Positions 1 through 8,183 of a stretch of 64,000 nt of DNA are shown piece by piece. The stretch spans positions 32,001-96,000 of the forward strand of contig CAMTVD010000022.1 in the NCBI GenBank assembly GCA_947085095.1, read 5' to 3'. This DNA is from an uncultured Thermus sp. Lineage in GTDB: Bacteria > Deinococcota > Deinococci > Deinococcales > Thermaceae. Under the pieces are notes generated by a model, which saw nothing but the letters and a program-made list of their open reading frames with translations, did not search any database and was not told the DNA's origin. Within the stretch, counting starts at the first letter, position 1; every line of letters begins with the position of its first letter. The position numbers were made by a program, and so were the translations under genes.

Positions 1-1230
1 ATCGTAAGGGAGCTTTCCAAGCACATCGTAGGCCAGGAGGCGGCCAAGAAGGCGGTGGCCGTGGCCCTAAGGAACCGCTACCGCCGCAAGAAGCTCCCCC
101 CCGAGGTGGCCCGGGAGGTGACGCCCAAGAACATCCTCATGATCGGGCCCACGGGGGTGGGGAAGACGGAGATCGCCAGGCGCCTGGCCCGCTTGGCTGG
201 GGCTCCTTTTGTGAAGGTGGAGGCCACCAAGTTCACCGAGGTGGGCTACGTGGGCCGGGACGTGGACGCCATCGTGCGCGATCTGGCCGAGGCCAGCTAC
301 CAGCTGGTGCTGGAGGAGATGAAGAAGGAGGTGGAGGAGAAGGCCCTGGCCTTCGCCGAGGAGGAGCTGGCCACCCTGCTCCGCGCCTCCATCGCCGAGG
401 TGCGCTCGGGCCGCCTGGACGGGCTTTCCGTGGAGGTCCAGGTGGAGGAGGAGGTGGGCCTCCCCTTCATGGGGGTCCTGGGGGGAGAGGCCTTCGGCGG
501 CATGGGCGAGATGCTCAAGGGCCTCCTGCCCAAGCGCCCCGTGCGCAAGCGCATGACCGTGAAGGAGGCGCGGGAGGTCCTCAAGAACCAGCATGCGGAA
601 CGCCTCATAGACAAGGAGGAACTCAAGGAGGAGGCGAGGCGCCGGGCCCAGGAGGAGGGCATCGTCTTCATTGACGAGATTGACAAAGTAGCCCGTCGCG
701 AGGGGACCGTGGGGCCCGATGTGTCCGGGGAGGGGGTACAGCGGGACCTCCTGCCCATCGTGGAGGGAACGGTGGTCTCTACCCGGATTGGCCCCGTTTC
801 CACGGAGCACGTCCTCTTCATCGCCGCCGGGGCTTTCCACGTGGCCAAGCCCTCGGACCTGATCCCCGAGCTCCAGGGGCGTTTCCCCATCCGGGTGGAG
901 CTTTCCCCCTTAGGCCCCGGGGAGTTCTACCGCATCCTGAAGGAGCCCGAGAACTCCCTCATCCGGCAGTACACGGAGCTTCTCCGCGCCGATGGCACCG
1001 AGCTCGTCTTTGAGGACGAAGCCCTTTGGGCCATCGCCCAGGCGGCTCACCGGGCCAACCAGGAGCTGGAGGACATCGGGGCCAGGAGGCTGGCCACGGT
1101 GTTGGAGCGGGTGCTGGAGGAGGTGAGCTTCCAGACCGACCTGGGCCGGGTGGAGATCACCCGGGCCTATGTGGAAAAGCGCTTGGAGGCGGTTTTCGCC
1201 TCTCCGGACCTGACGCGGTTTGTCTTGTAG
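1..1230 (+). CDS. hslU: ATP-dependent protease ATPase subunit HslU (5' end outside window)
   Basis: Frame open from base 1 ([23 protein letters not shown]); [23 protein letters not shown]alker [11 protein letters not shown]alker [20 protein letters not shown]. Confidence 0.97.
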   Translation: MVRELSKHIVGQEAAKKAVAVALRNRYRRKKLPPEVAREVTPKNILMIGPTGVGKTEIARRLARLAGAPFVKVEATKFTEVGYVGRDVDAIVRDLAEASYQLVLEEMKKEVEEKALAFAEEELATLLRASIAEVRSGRLDGLSVEVQVEEEVGLPFMGVLGGEAFGGMGEMLKGLLPKRPVRKRMTVKEAREVLKNQHAERLIDKEELKEEARRRAQEEGIVFIDEIDKVARREGTVGPDVSGEGVQRDLLPIVEGTVVSTRIGPVSTEHVLFIAAGAFHVAKPSDLIPELQGRFPIRVELSPLGPGEFYRILKEPENSLIRQYTELLRADGTELVFEDEALWAIAQAAHRANQELEDIGARRLATVLERVLEEVSFQTDLGRVEITRAYVEKRLEAVFASPDLTRFVL

Positions 1231-1240
1231 GAGGAAGGAT

Positions 1241-2305
1241 ATGCGCTGGTTTCTCTTGAGTCTAGGCTTGTTGGCGACTTCCGTTCTGGCCCAGACCCCC
1301 CCACCCCCCCCCGGTCAGGTGCAGCAGGACTCCTTGAAGATGGGGGTGCAGCTTTACGCTCTGGGGCGGTACGAGGCGGCCCTAGCCTTCTTTGAGCGGG
1401 CGGTCAGGGAGAGCCCTCAGAACCCCGATGCCCTTTACTGGTTGGCCCGGGCCCAGCTGAAGATGGGCCTTCTCAACCCCGCTTTGGAGAACGCCAAGGG
1501 TTTGGTGGCTAGGAACCCCCGCTATACCGGGGGGTACATGGTCCTCGCCGAGGCCTACGTGGCCCTCTACCGGGCCGCGGAGGACCGGGAAAAGGGGAAG
1601 GTTCACCTGGAGCAGGCCCTTTCCGTACTGCGGGATGCGGAAAGGATCAATCCTCGGTACGCCCCCATCTTTGCCCAGCGGGGCCTGGTTTACGCCTTCC
1701 TGGGGCAGATGGACAGGGCCGAGGAGGCCTTTAAGCGGGCCCTGGCCCTCGAGGACACCCCCGAGGTGCGCTCGGCCTTGGCTGAGGTCTACTTGGCCAC
1801 AGGCCGCCTGGACGAGGCCTTGGAGCAGTACGCCAAGGCGGTGGGCCTGGCCCCCAAGAACCTGGACCTCCGGGTGCGCTACGCCTCGGCCCTGCTCCTC
1901 AAGGGGAGGCCGGAGGAGGCCGCGAAGGTCCTGGAGGAGGGGCACAGGCTCAAGCCCCTGGACGCCGAGGGCTGGTATACCTTGGGGCAGGCCTATCTGG
2001 CCCTGGGGCGGGCCAAGGAGGCTGGGGTAGCCCTGGAAAACGCCGTGGCCCTGGCTCCCTTGCGCTTCCCCGCCGCCTACTACTACTTGGGCCAGGTCTA
2101 TTTGGCCTTGGGGGAACACGAGAAGGCCAGGGGCCGCCTCACGGTGGCGGTGCGCCTCGAGCCCAAGAGGGCGGAGTACCGCTACCTCCTCTGCCTGGCC
2201 AATGAGCGGCTGGGGGACAAGGAGGGGGCCCGGTACCAGTGCCAGGAGGCCCTCAAGCTGAAGCCTGGCTACAAGGAGGCGGAGGAGGTCCTGAGGCGCC
2301 TGTAG
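1241..2305 (+). CDS. Exported tetratricopeptide-repeat protein
   Basis: ATG at 1241 after GGAGGAAGG; signal peptide MRWFLLSLGLLATSVLAQ; repeated TPR helices (ALYWLARAQLKMG, AYYYLGQVYLALG). Confidence 0.88.
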   Translation: MRWFLLSLGLLATSVLAQTPPPPPGQVQQDSLKMGVQLYALGRYEAALAFFERAVRESPQNPDALYWLARAQLKMGLLNPALENAKGLVARNPRYTGGYMVLAEAYVALYRAAEDREKGKVHLEQALSVLRDAERINPRYAPIFAQRGLVYAFLGQMDRAEEAFKRALALEDTPEVRSALAEVYLATGRLDEALEQYAKAVGLAPKNLDLRVRYASALLLKGRPEEAAKVLEEGHRLKPLDAEGWYTLGQAYLALGRAKEAGVALENAVALAPLRFPAAYYYLGQVYLALGEHEKARGRLTVAVRLEPKRAEYRYLLCLANERLGDKEGARYQCQEALKLKPGYKEAEEVLRRL

Positions 2306-2352
2306 CCTTGGGCTTCCCCTTGGGATGGGCCTGGGCTAAGGTGGGAAGGTCC

Positions 2353-3084
2353 ATGTGGCGGTACCAGGGCGGCGCCTTTTTCCCCGAGGCCTTTCCCCTT
2401 CCGGAGGAGGCCAGCCTGCTCCTGGTGCTGAACGGGACCCCGTGGACCTCCCTGAGCTACACCCCAGGAGAGGAGGCCTACCTGGTCTTGGGCCACCTCT
2501 TTCTGAGCGGGGTGCTGGAGGGCCTCGAGGGGGTTCGCCTCCAGGTGGGGGAGGGGGTGGTTCTGGTGGAGCTGCCCTCCCTGCCGGAGAAGGGGTTGGG
2601 CGCACGGGATGCGGGGTGTGCGGCGGGGTTGCGCTATGGGGAGCCCAGGCTGGCCCTCCTACCCCGGGTGCCCTTGGACCCCAGGCTTCCCCTCCAGCTC
2701 ATGGCGGAGCTTCGTGCCCGCTCGCGGCGGTATCCGGAAACCCGGGGCATTCACGGGGCGGCCCTTTTTGACCTCGAGGGCAGGTTGCTTTACCTGAACG
2801 AGGACATTGGCCGCCACAACGCTGTGGACCGGCTGGCGGGCTTCATGCTCCTTGAGGGCATCCGTCCCCCGGTTCTCTTGGCCTCCACCGGCCGGGTGAG
2901 CCGGGAGATGGCCGCCAAGGCCATCGGCCTGGGGGCGGTGCTCCTGGCTACCCGCACCGGGGCCACGGCCCCAGCGGTGAAGCTAGCCCAGGACTACGGG
3001 CTGGCCCTGGCCACCTACGTGCGCCCCGGGAGCTACCGTCTTTATGCCCCCGGAGGGATTTTCCAGGAAGCTCCTAAGCCTTAG
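2353..3084 (+). CDS. fdhD: Formate dehydrogenase accessory sulfurtransferase FdhD
   Basis: [41 protein letters not shown] motifs; start chosen at ATG 2353. Confidence 0.9.
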   Translation: MWRYQGGAFFPEAFPLPEEASLLLVLNGTPWTSLSYTPGEEAYLVLGHLFLSGVLEGLEGVRLQVGEGVVLVELPSLPEKGLGARDAGCAAGLRYGEPRLALLPRVPLDPRLPLQLMAELRARSRRYPETRGIHGAALFDLEGRLLYLNEDIGRHNAVDRLAGFMLLEGIRPPVLLASTGRVSREMAAKAIGLGAVLLATRTGATAPAVKLAQDYGLALATYVRPGSYRLYAPGGIFQEAPKP

Positions 3085-3238
3085 GCTCTTCCTTCTTCTC
3101 CTCCCCCTCTTGCAGGCCCTTTTTAAACTCCCGGGCCGACTGGCCGATGCCCCGAGCCAGCTCGGGTAGCTTCTTGGCGCCAAAGAGGAGCAGGATGACC
3201 AGGAGGATGAGGATGATTTCCAGCGGTCCTAGGTGCAT
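3074..3238 (-). CDS. tatA: Twin-arginine translocase subunit TatA/E
   Basis: [47 protein letters not shown] -10 six nt before ATG. Confidence 0.95.
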   Translation of the reverse strand: MHLGPLEIILILLVILLLFGAKKLPELARGIGQSAREFKKGLQEGEEKKEEPKA

Positions 3239-3257
3239 GGGGCCATAATAGCACGCC

Positions 3258-3286
3258 TTGACCCTCCTTGGGTGAGGTGCTATCGT
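3258..3286 (+). promoter_or_regulatory. Sigma-A type promoter of the tRNA operon
   Basis: TTGACC-17nt-TATCGT with a TG extension, 22 nt upstream of tRNA-Pro. Confidence 0.7.
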
Positions 3287-3308
3287 GGCCTGTGGGTGGC
3301 CACGGCCC

Positions 3309-3385
3309 CGGGGCGTAGCGCAGGCCGGTAGCGCACCTGCTTTGGGAGCAGGGGGTCGCCCGTTCAAATCGGGCCGCCCCGACCA
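3309..3385 (+). tRNA. tRNA-Pro (TGG)
   Basis: CGGGGCG/CGCCCCG acceptor stem, anticodon arm CCTGC-TTTGGGA-GCAGG, TTCAAAT T-loop, CCA end. Confidence 0.97.
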
Positions 3386-3386
3386 C

Positions 3387-3463
3387 GCGGGAGTAGCTCA
3401 GTTTGGTAGAGCATCGGCCTTCCAAGCCGAGGGTCGCGGGTTCGAGTCCCGTCTCCCGCTCCA
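3387..3463 (+). tRNA. tRNA-Gly (TCC)
   Basis: GCGGGAG/CTCCCGC acceptor stem, TCGGC-CTTCCAA-GCCGA anticodon arm, TTCGAGT, TCCA end. Confidence 0.97.
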
Positions 3464-3496
3464 CAAAGCCGGGGCTTTGGCCCCGGTGCCTTTCTT

Positions 3497-3572
3497 GGGC
3501 CCGTAGCTCAGGGGACAGAGCAGCCGCCTTCTAAGCGGTAGGTCGGGGGTTCGAATCCCTCCGGGCCCGCCA
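3497..3572 (+). tRNA. tRNA-Arg (TCT); integration target
   Basis: GGGCCCG/CGGGCCC acceptor stem, GCCGC-CTTCTAA-GCGGT anticodon arm, TTCGAAT, GCCA end. Confidence 0.97.
3527..3572 (+). repeat. attL (3' half of tRNA-Arg)
   Basis: CCTTCTAAGCGGTAGGTCGGGGGTTCGAATCCCTCCGGGCCCGCCA; 44/46 identical to 10453-10498. Confidence 0.95.
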
Positions 3573-3613
3573 CCTTCTGAAGGCAAAGCTTCCGCACTCG
3601 GAAGCTTAGGAAT

Positions 3614-3713
3614 GGGTCAAGCTGACCCCCATACTTGACCCCCAAAGGAAGGGCAAACCTCTCCCCCGGCCTCGAGGCCGGGGGGCGGTTTTGGGGGTCA
3701 GCTTTAGGGGTCA
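3614..3713. repeat. TGACCC(CC) repeats, left arm (putative integrase arm-type sites)
   Basis: Direct copies at 3623 and 3636; inverted copies at 3614, 3693 and 3707. Confidence 0.7.
3663..3692. terminator. Perfect 22-bp palindrome between tRNA operon and integrase; probable terminator
   Basis: CCCCCGGCCTCGAGGCCGGGGG followed by GCGGTTTT. Confidence 0.6.
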
Positions 3714-4853
3714 GGCCTGAGGCCTGGGGCCCGCCACCAGGTCCTCCGGGTCAAAGGTCCAGGCCTCCCTCTCCCGGGCCAGCAGGTGGCGGTAAATGTC
3801 CAGCGTGATGGAGGGCCGCGCATGGCCCAGGCGGGCCGCCACCACCTCCGGCGGTGCCCCTTCGGCCAGGAGCATGGAGGCGAAGGTGTGCCGGAGGTCG
3901 TGGGGCCGTATGGGGGGCAGGCCCACACGGGCCACAATCTTCCGAAGGGCGTGGGCCAGGCTATGGGGGTTGAGGGGCTGGGAGGGGTCCTTGGCGCTCG
4001 GGAACACCCAGGCCTCCCGAAGGTCCAGGGGGTCCATACCCGTTTCCACCAGGGCCTCCCACCGGGCCCGCAAGTGCTCCAGGGTCTTGGGGGGAACGGG
4101 AATGGTGCGCAGGCTGGAGGGGGTCTTGGGGGCGGTGAGAAGCCCTTTGCCTCCGAGGTTGGTCCAGGCCCGGCGCACGGCCAGGGTCCCCGCCCTAAAG
4201 TCCAGGTCCCCCCACTTGAGCCCCAGGGCCTCCCCAGGCCGGAGGCCCACCGCCAGGCAAAGGCGCAGGGCCGTGCCTACCTCCCAGGTGGGCCAGGCGT
4301 CCAGGGCCTGAAGGAGGGCGGCCACCTCGTGGGGCTCCAAGGTCCTCCCGGCGGTGCGGCGCGTGGGGGCCTCGAGGCGGATGGAGGCCGTGGGGTCCCG
4401 GTGCACGACTTCCAGGGCCAGGGCCTCCCTGAAGATGGCCCGCAAGTGGGTCAGCGCCTTGCGGATGGCCCTCGGGCCTAGCCCCTGGGCGGCCATGCGG
4501 TCCAAGGCCTCCCGGATATCGGCAGGCCTGATGGCCTGGAGCCGCTTTTCCCCCAAGTGGGCCAGGAGGTAGCCCACTTCCCGCTGGTAGTTGACGAAGG
4601 TCTTGGGGGCCAGGGTGGCCCGCTTGCGGGCAAGCCACCCTTCCGCGAAGGCGGCCAGGGTGGCGGCGCTCTTGGCGGGCAGGAGGCCTTTTTCGTGCTG
4701 GGCCACAAGCTCCCGCGCCTTGCGCAGGGCCTCCTCGGCAGTCTTGCCGAAGACGCTCACCCGCCTATACCGCCCATCGGGCTCCCGGAGGTAAGGGCGC
4801 ACCTCCCAGCGCCCATCCTTACGCTTGCGGGCCTTCAATCCTTTCTTGGGCAT
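3711..4853 (-). CDS. int: Tyrosine recombinase / site-specific integrase
   Basis: N-terminal arm-binding segment (RKDGRWEVR..FGKT); GLRPGEALGLKW, PKT, HDLRHTFAS, LGHARPSITLDIYRH; GGAGG before ATG 4853. Confidence 0.96.
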   Translation of the reverse strand: MPKKGLKARKRKDGRWEVRPYLREPDGRYRRVSVFGKTAEEALRKARELVAQHEKGLLPAKSAATLAAFAEGWLARKRATLAPKTFVNYQREVGYLLAHLGEKRLQAIRPADIREALDRMAAQGLGPRAIRKALTHLRAIFREALALEVVHRDPTASIRLEAPTRRTAGRTLEPHEVAALLQALDAWPTWEVGTALRLCLAVGLRPGEALGLKWGDLDFRAGTLAVRRAWTNLGGKGLLTAPKTPSSLRTIPVPPKTLEHLRARWEALVETGMDPLDLREAWVFPSAKDPSQPLNPHSLAHALRKIVARVGLPPIRPHDLRHTFASMLLAEGAPPEVVAARLGHARPSITLDIYRHLLAREREAWTFDPEDLVAGPRPQA

Positions 4854-4879
4854 AACCTCCTCTACCCTACCATTCCACG

Positions 4880-4990
4880 GGGGGGCGGCGTGGGCTTCGC
4901 GAAAGTTTTGTTTCGCGAAGGTTGCCGGGGGCAACCCGTCAACCCATGACGCGAAGGGGGAGTAGCCTGGGGGTTCGCCCCCGGGTTTTT
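4880..4990 (+). ncRNA. Candidate structured antisense RNA of the integrated element
   Basis: Possible TTGGGC-16-TACCAT promoter (4846-4873); four consecutive hairpins, the last with a TTCG loop followed by TTTTT. Confidence 0.35.
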
Positions 4991-5095
4991 CCCGGCGAAA
5001 GTTTGCGCCATTTCCCCCACGCTGAGGGGAAGGCTCCTCCCCCTCGTGTGGGGAAGGTTCTGGGGCTTTCTAGCCCTGCCGTTTTCCAAAGAGGG

Positions 5096-5377
5096 CTACC
5101 CCTCCTCGTCCAAGGGCCACTCCGCCGCGGTGAAGGAGAGGGGATGGGGCTCCGCCTTCGGCGCGGCGGCCAGGGCCAGCTTGAGGGCCAGGGCGGCCAC
5201 CCGGGCCTTGTGCTCCGGGTTGAGGCCTTCCGCCTCCTCCAGGGCCTTCTCCAGGACCGCCACGGCCTTGCCCCCAAGCCCGGCCAGGCGCGTGCGCCAG
5301 GCCTCGGCCTCCTCCCACCGGGCGCGGGCGGCCTCGTACCGCTCAGTCCACTTCGGCTTCGCCTTCGCCTTCCTCAT
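5096..5377 (-). CDS. Hypothetical small helical protein of the element
   Basis: MRKAKAKPKWTERYEAARARW...; GGAGGTGG before ATG; overlaps end of the upstream ORF. Confidence 0.65.
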   Translation of the reverse strand: MRKAKAKPKWTERYEAARARWEEAEAWRTRLAGLGGKAVAVLEKALEEAEGLNPEHKARVAALALKLALAAAPKAEPHPLSFTAAEWPLDEEG

Positions 5378-5912
5378 CTTCCACCTCCTTGAGCTTGAGC
5401 CCGGAGAAGAGGGCTTCCAGCGCCTTGCGGAAGTCTTTGCCCAGGTCCTCGGCCAGGGCCTCGGGGAAGGCCCGGAGGGCGTACCTCCCCCACATGGGCA
5501 GGCCAAGGTCCAGGGCCCGGTCCTTCCCCCCTCTCCGGGCCTGTGAGAGGTAGCCCAGGTGGGCGCACTTCCTGCAGAGGAGCCCCCGGTGGACCAGGTA
5601 GAGCACCCGGCGGTTCCCCCCGCACCCGGGGCAGACGAAGACCCACTCCACCCCGAAGGGGTGCCTCACCCCCTTTAGGCTCACCACTTGCTCCCCGAAG
5701 GCCAGGCAAACGGGCGGCCTCTCGGGGAGGGGGCGGCCCGTCTTCATCCGCCACCACTCCGCCAGCCACGCGGCCCAGATTTGGGGGGTTCGTTCGGCAA
5801 TCCCCTCCCAGGGCCTTCCCGGTCCCCTCCCCAGCCCGGGGAGAGGGCCGCGCCTTCCCGCCCCGAGGGCGGCCCTAAGCGCCAGGTCCAAGTCCCTGAT
5901 TTCCTCCATCAT
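5343..5912 (-). CDS. Hypothetical zinc-finger protein (CxxC...CxxC)
   Basis: WVFVCPGCGGNRRVLYL...CRKCAHLGYLSQ; Thermus-like codon usage. Confidence 0.75.
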   Translation of the reverse strand: MMEEIRDLDLALRAALGAGRRGPLPGLGRGPGRPWEGIAERTPQIWAAWLAEWWRMKTGRPLPERPPVCLAFGEQVVSLKGVRHPFGVEWVFVCPGCGGNRRVLYLVHRGLLCRKCAHLGYLSQARRGGKDRALDLGLPMWGRYALRAFPEALAEDLGKDFRKALEALFSGLKLKEVEDEEGEGEAEVD

Positions 5913-5937
5913 CGTCTAACCCCCATGCCGAACGGGC

Positions 5938-6273
5938 TTACGCCCCCACCTCCTCACGCCGCTTCACCCGGGCCCGGGCGATGGGCTCAAGCCGGGGCGG
6001 GTTCCCGGCCCAAACTCCCAGAAGCTCCACCTCCTGGGCTTCCGGCCAGGCCTCCTCCAGGAAGCTCAACCGCTCCACCAGCCAGGCCTCGAGGCTCGGG
6101 GCGTTCTGCCCAGGCCAGGCGGCGTGGGCCTCCAGGTCCTCCTCCTCCGGCATGGCCAGAGCCCAGTAGAGCACCCGGCCATCGGCCACCACCCGGACCT
6201 TAGGCGGGCGCATGGCGCGCACCTTGGCCGCGAGGTCCGGGGCCAGGGTGATGAGCTTCCGCCAGGGGCTCAC
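5938..6273 (-). CDS. Hypothetical protein of the element
   Basis: 111 aa; GTGA start/stop overlap with the helicase gene. Confidence 0.7.
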   Translation of the reverse strand: MSPWRKLITLAPDLAAKVRAMRPPKVRVVADGRVLYWALAMPEEEDLEAHAAWPGQNAPSLEAWLVERLSFLEEAWPEAQEVELLGVWAGNPPRLEPIARARVKRREEVGA

Positions 6274-8183
6274 AGCTCCACCTCCACCTCGTCCTCCTCT
6301 TCCCCCCGGGCCGTTTTAGAAAGAGGAGGGGCAACACCTCCCGCATCCCCCGCATCCCCCGCAAACGGCGTCCTGGAGCCGTTTAGTACGCGCGGGGGTT
6401 GTGCGGGGGTTGCGGGGGATTGCGGGGGTTGTGCGGGGGGTTGCGGGGGTTGCCCCTTCCATCCCCCGCGCTCAGGAGTGTCGTCCTGGAGCCGGGTTAC
6501 GGGGGTTGCGGGAGTTGCGGGGGATGCGCCGCTACTCCTTTCTAAAACCCAGAGGAGGCGCTTGACCCGGGCGTCCCGCACCCCCTCCACCTTCAGCCCC
6601 ACCCCCCGGAGGGCGGCCTGGACGCGGGGAAGATGTTTGCCCAGCCCGGCGGGGGTGCGGGGCCACCCTTCGGGCTTGACCCGGGCGTCCTTGAGGCCCA
6701 TCGCCTCCTCCAGGGCGGCCAAGAGTTCCGATGCGGAAAACACGGCCCGGTGCCCCTCCGGCCAGTCGGCGGTGAAGAGGAGGAGGGCCTGGGCCACGGG
6801 GTCGTTGTCCAGAAGGTCCTGGTTGAGCCCGGCCTGCACCGCGTAGAAGGCCGCCACCACCTCCCCGGCCTCAAGGCCCAGGGCGGGGGCGGCGGCCTCA
6901 GCCCAGATGGCCCAATCGGCTAGGCGGGGCAAGGAGGGCAGGGCCTTCCGCGCCACCTCCCAGCGCCTCAGGGCCAGGACCACGGCGTCCAGGAGGGCCC
7001 CCAGGGCCTGGGGGTGGGCCCGGGCAAAGGCCTCCCAAATCTCCCGTTCGGGGCGGCGCTCCCCGTCCTCCAGCCGCACCAGGTTGACCATCGCCACCCG
7101 GTCGGCCAAGTCGTCCCGGAGGATGCCGAAACCTATCCCCGTGAGGATGACGGGCCGTTGCGCCTCCAGGACGTGCTCTTCCGAGTCCGAGTAAAGCTCC
7201 CTCTTGCCCAGCCCGCCCCCGGTGGAAAGGCGGCATAGGGCGTCCGAAAGCCAGGTGGGTATCTTGGAAAGGTTGTCAAAGGCCAGTACCCAGGACCCCT
7301 TGGCGCCCACCATCAGCGCCTCCACGTCCTTGGGCTCAGCCCGTAGGGCGGCCTCCTGGGGGTCCACCAGGGCCTTGAGCACCCTCGCGGCGGTGCTCTT
7401 CCCCGCCCCCTTCTCCCCGGCCAGGACCAGGATGGGGTACGGGCCTTGAGGGGAGAGGGCCCCCACCAGCCACCCCAGGACCAGGGCCACGTCCCGGCGC
7501 TCCCTCAGGGGCAGGAGTTCCAGGAGGGGGGCTAGACTGCCGCCACGCTCAGGGAGGGGGAGGGGCTTCTGGTGCCGCCCCCGGCGGAAACGCACCGGGG
7601 CCTCATGGGCCGGGATGATGCGCCACCCCGAGGGGTCTACCTCCACCACGCTCCAATCGGGCCGGGCCAGGTCCAGGTACACCTTGCCCTCCCACCCGGC
7701 CAGGCGTGTGTGCACCTCGTGCTCCTCCCCCTCAAAGAGGGCCTTCGCCTCCAGGACGGCCAGGGCGTCTTGGAGGGCCTGGGCGTAGAGAGGCTTGCCC
7801 CTTTCCGCGTAGTAGAGCCCGGCGAGCCAGGTGCGAAACTCCTTGCCCCGCAGGGGATGATGCTCCACGTGCCCCTCCCGGGACAGGGTGGCCCAGGCCT
7901 CCTTGCTGGGGGTGTGCCAGAGCTTAGGGCCGGCCTTCAGGGCCAGGTCTACGGCGTCCTTGGCGGCGGTGGCGTCCTCCTTCTTGGGGCCCAAGAAGTC
8001 CTGCCAGGCCAGCCGCACCGCCTGCAGGGTGGCCCCCACCCGCTTGGCGGCCTCCCGCAAGACGGCTTCCGCCTCCACGGCGTCCAGGCCCGCCTCCACG
8101 ATGGCCTCAAAGAGGGACTGCCTGACCCGGCCCCAGTTCTCAGGGGCCAAGCCCTCCAAGATGGCGCGGATGGCCTCACTCAT
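6270..8183 (-). CDS. P-loop ATPase, probable replicative helicase
   Basis: Walker A GEKGAGKST, Walker B-like VLAFDN, RPVILTG, DLADR; directly downstream of Prim-Pol. Confidence 0.85.
   Translation of the reverse strand: MSEAIRAILEGLAPENWGRVRQSLFEAIVEAGLDAVEAEAVLREAAKRVGATLQAVRLAWQDFLGPKKEDATAAKDAVDLALKAGPKLWHTPSKEAWATLSREGHVEHHPLRGKEFRTWLAGLYYAERGKPLYAQALQDALAVLEAKALFEGEEHEVHTRLAGWEGKVYLDLARPDWSVVEVDPSGWRIIPAHEAPVRFRRGRHQKPLPLPERGGSLAPLLELLPLRERRDVALVLGWLVGALSPQGPYPILVLAGEKGAGKSTAARVLKALVDPQEAALRAEPKDVEALMVGAKGSWVLAFDNLSKIPTWLSDALCRLSTGGGLGKRELYSDSEEHVLEAQRPVILTGIGFGILRDDLADRVAMVNLVRLEDGERRPEREIWEAFARAHPQALGALLDAVVLALRRWEVARKALPSLPRLADWAIWAEAAAPALGLEAGEVVAAFYAVQAGLNQDLLDNDPVAQALLLFTADWPEGHRAVFSASELLAALEEAMGLKDARVKPEGWPRTPAGLGKHLPRVQAALRGVGLKVEGVRDARVKRLLWVLERSSGASPATPATPVTRLQDDTPERGGWKGQPPQPPAQPPQSPATPAQPPRVLNGSRTPFAGDAGDAGGVAPPLSKTARGEEEDEVEVEL
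6314..6547. repeat. Iteron-like (T)GCGGGGG repeat array; putative replication origin
   Basis: About a dozen GCGGGGG/CCCCCGC-type units in both orientations, bounded by inverted TTTTAGAAAG / CTTTCTAAAA. Confidence 0.65.

Noticed and set aside
3123..3586. ORFs 3123-3464, 3285-3506 and 3398-3586
   Set aside because: They overlap the three tRNA genes and are shadow ORFs.
3466..3607. Hairpins CCGGGGC-TTTG-GCCCCGG (after tRNA-Gly) and AAGCTTCCG-CACT-CGGAAGCTT (after tRNA-Arg) as separate ncRNAs
   Set aside because: Single short stems next to tRNAs; more simply processing or termination structures.
6391..6452. Short tandem repeats as a CRISPR array
   Set aside because: Units are 9-12 bp with no unique spacers and no cas genes; better explained as iterons.
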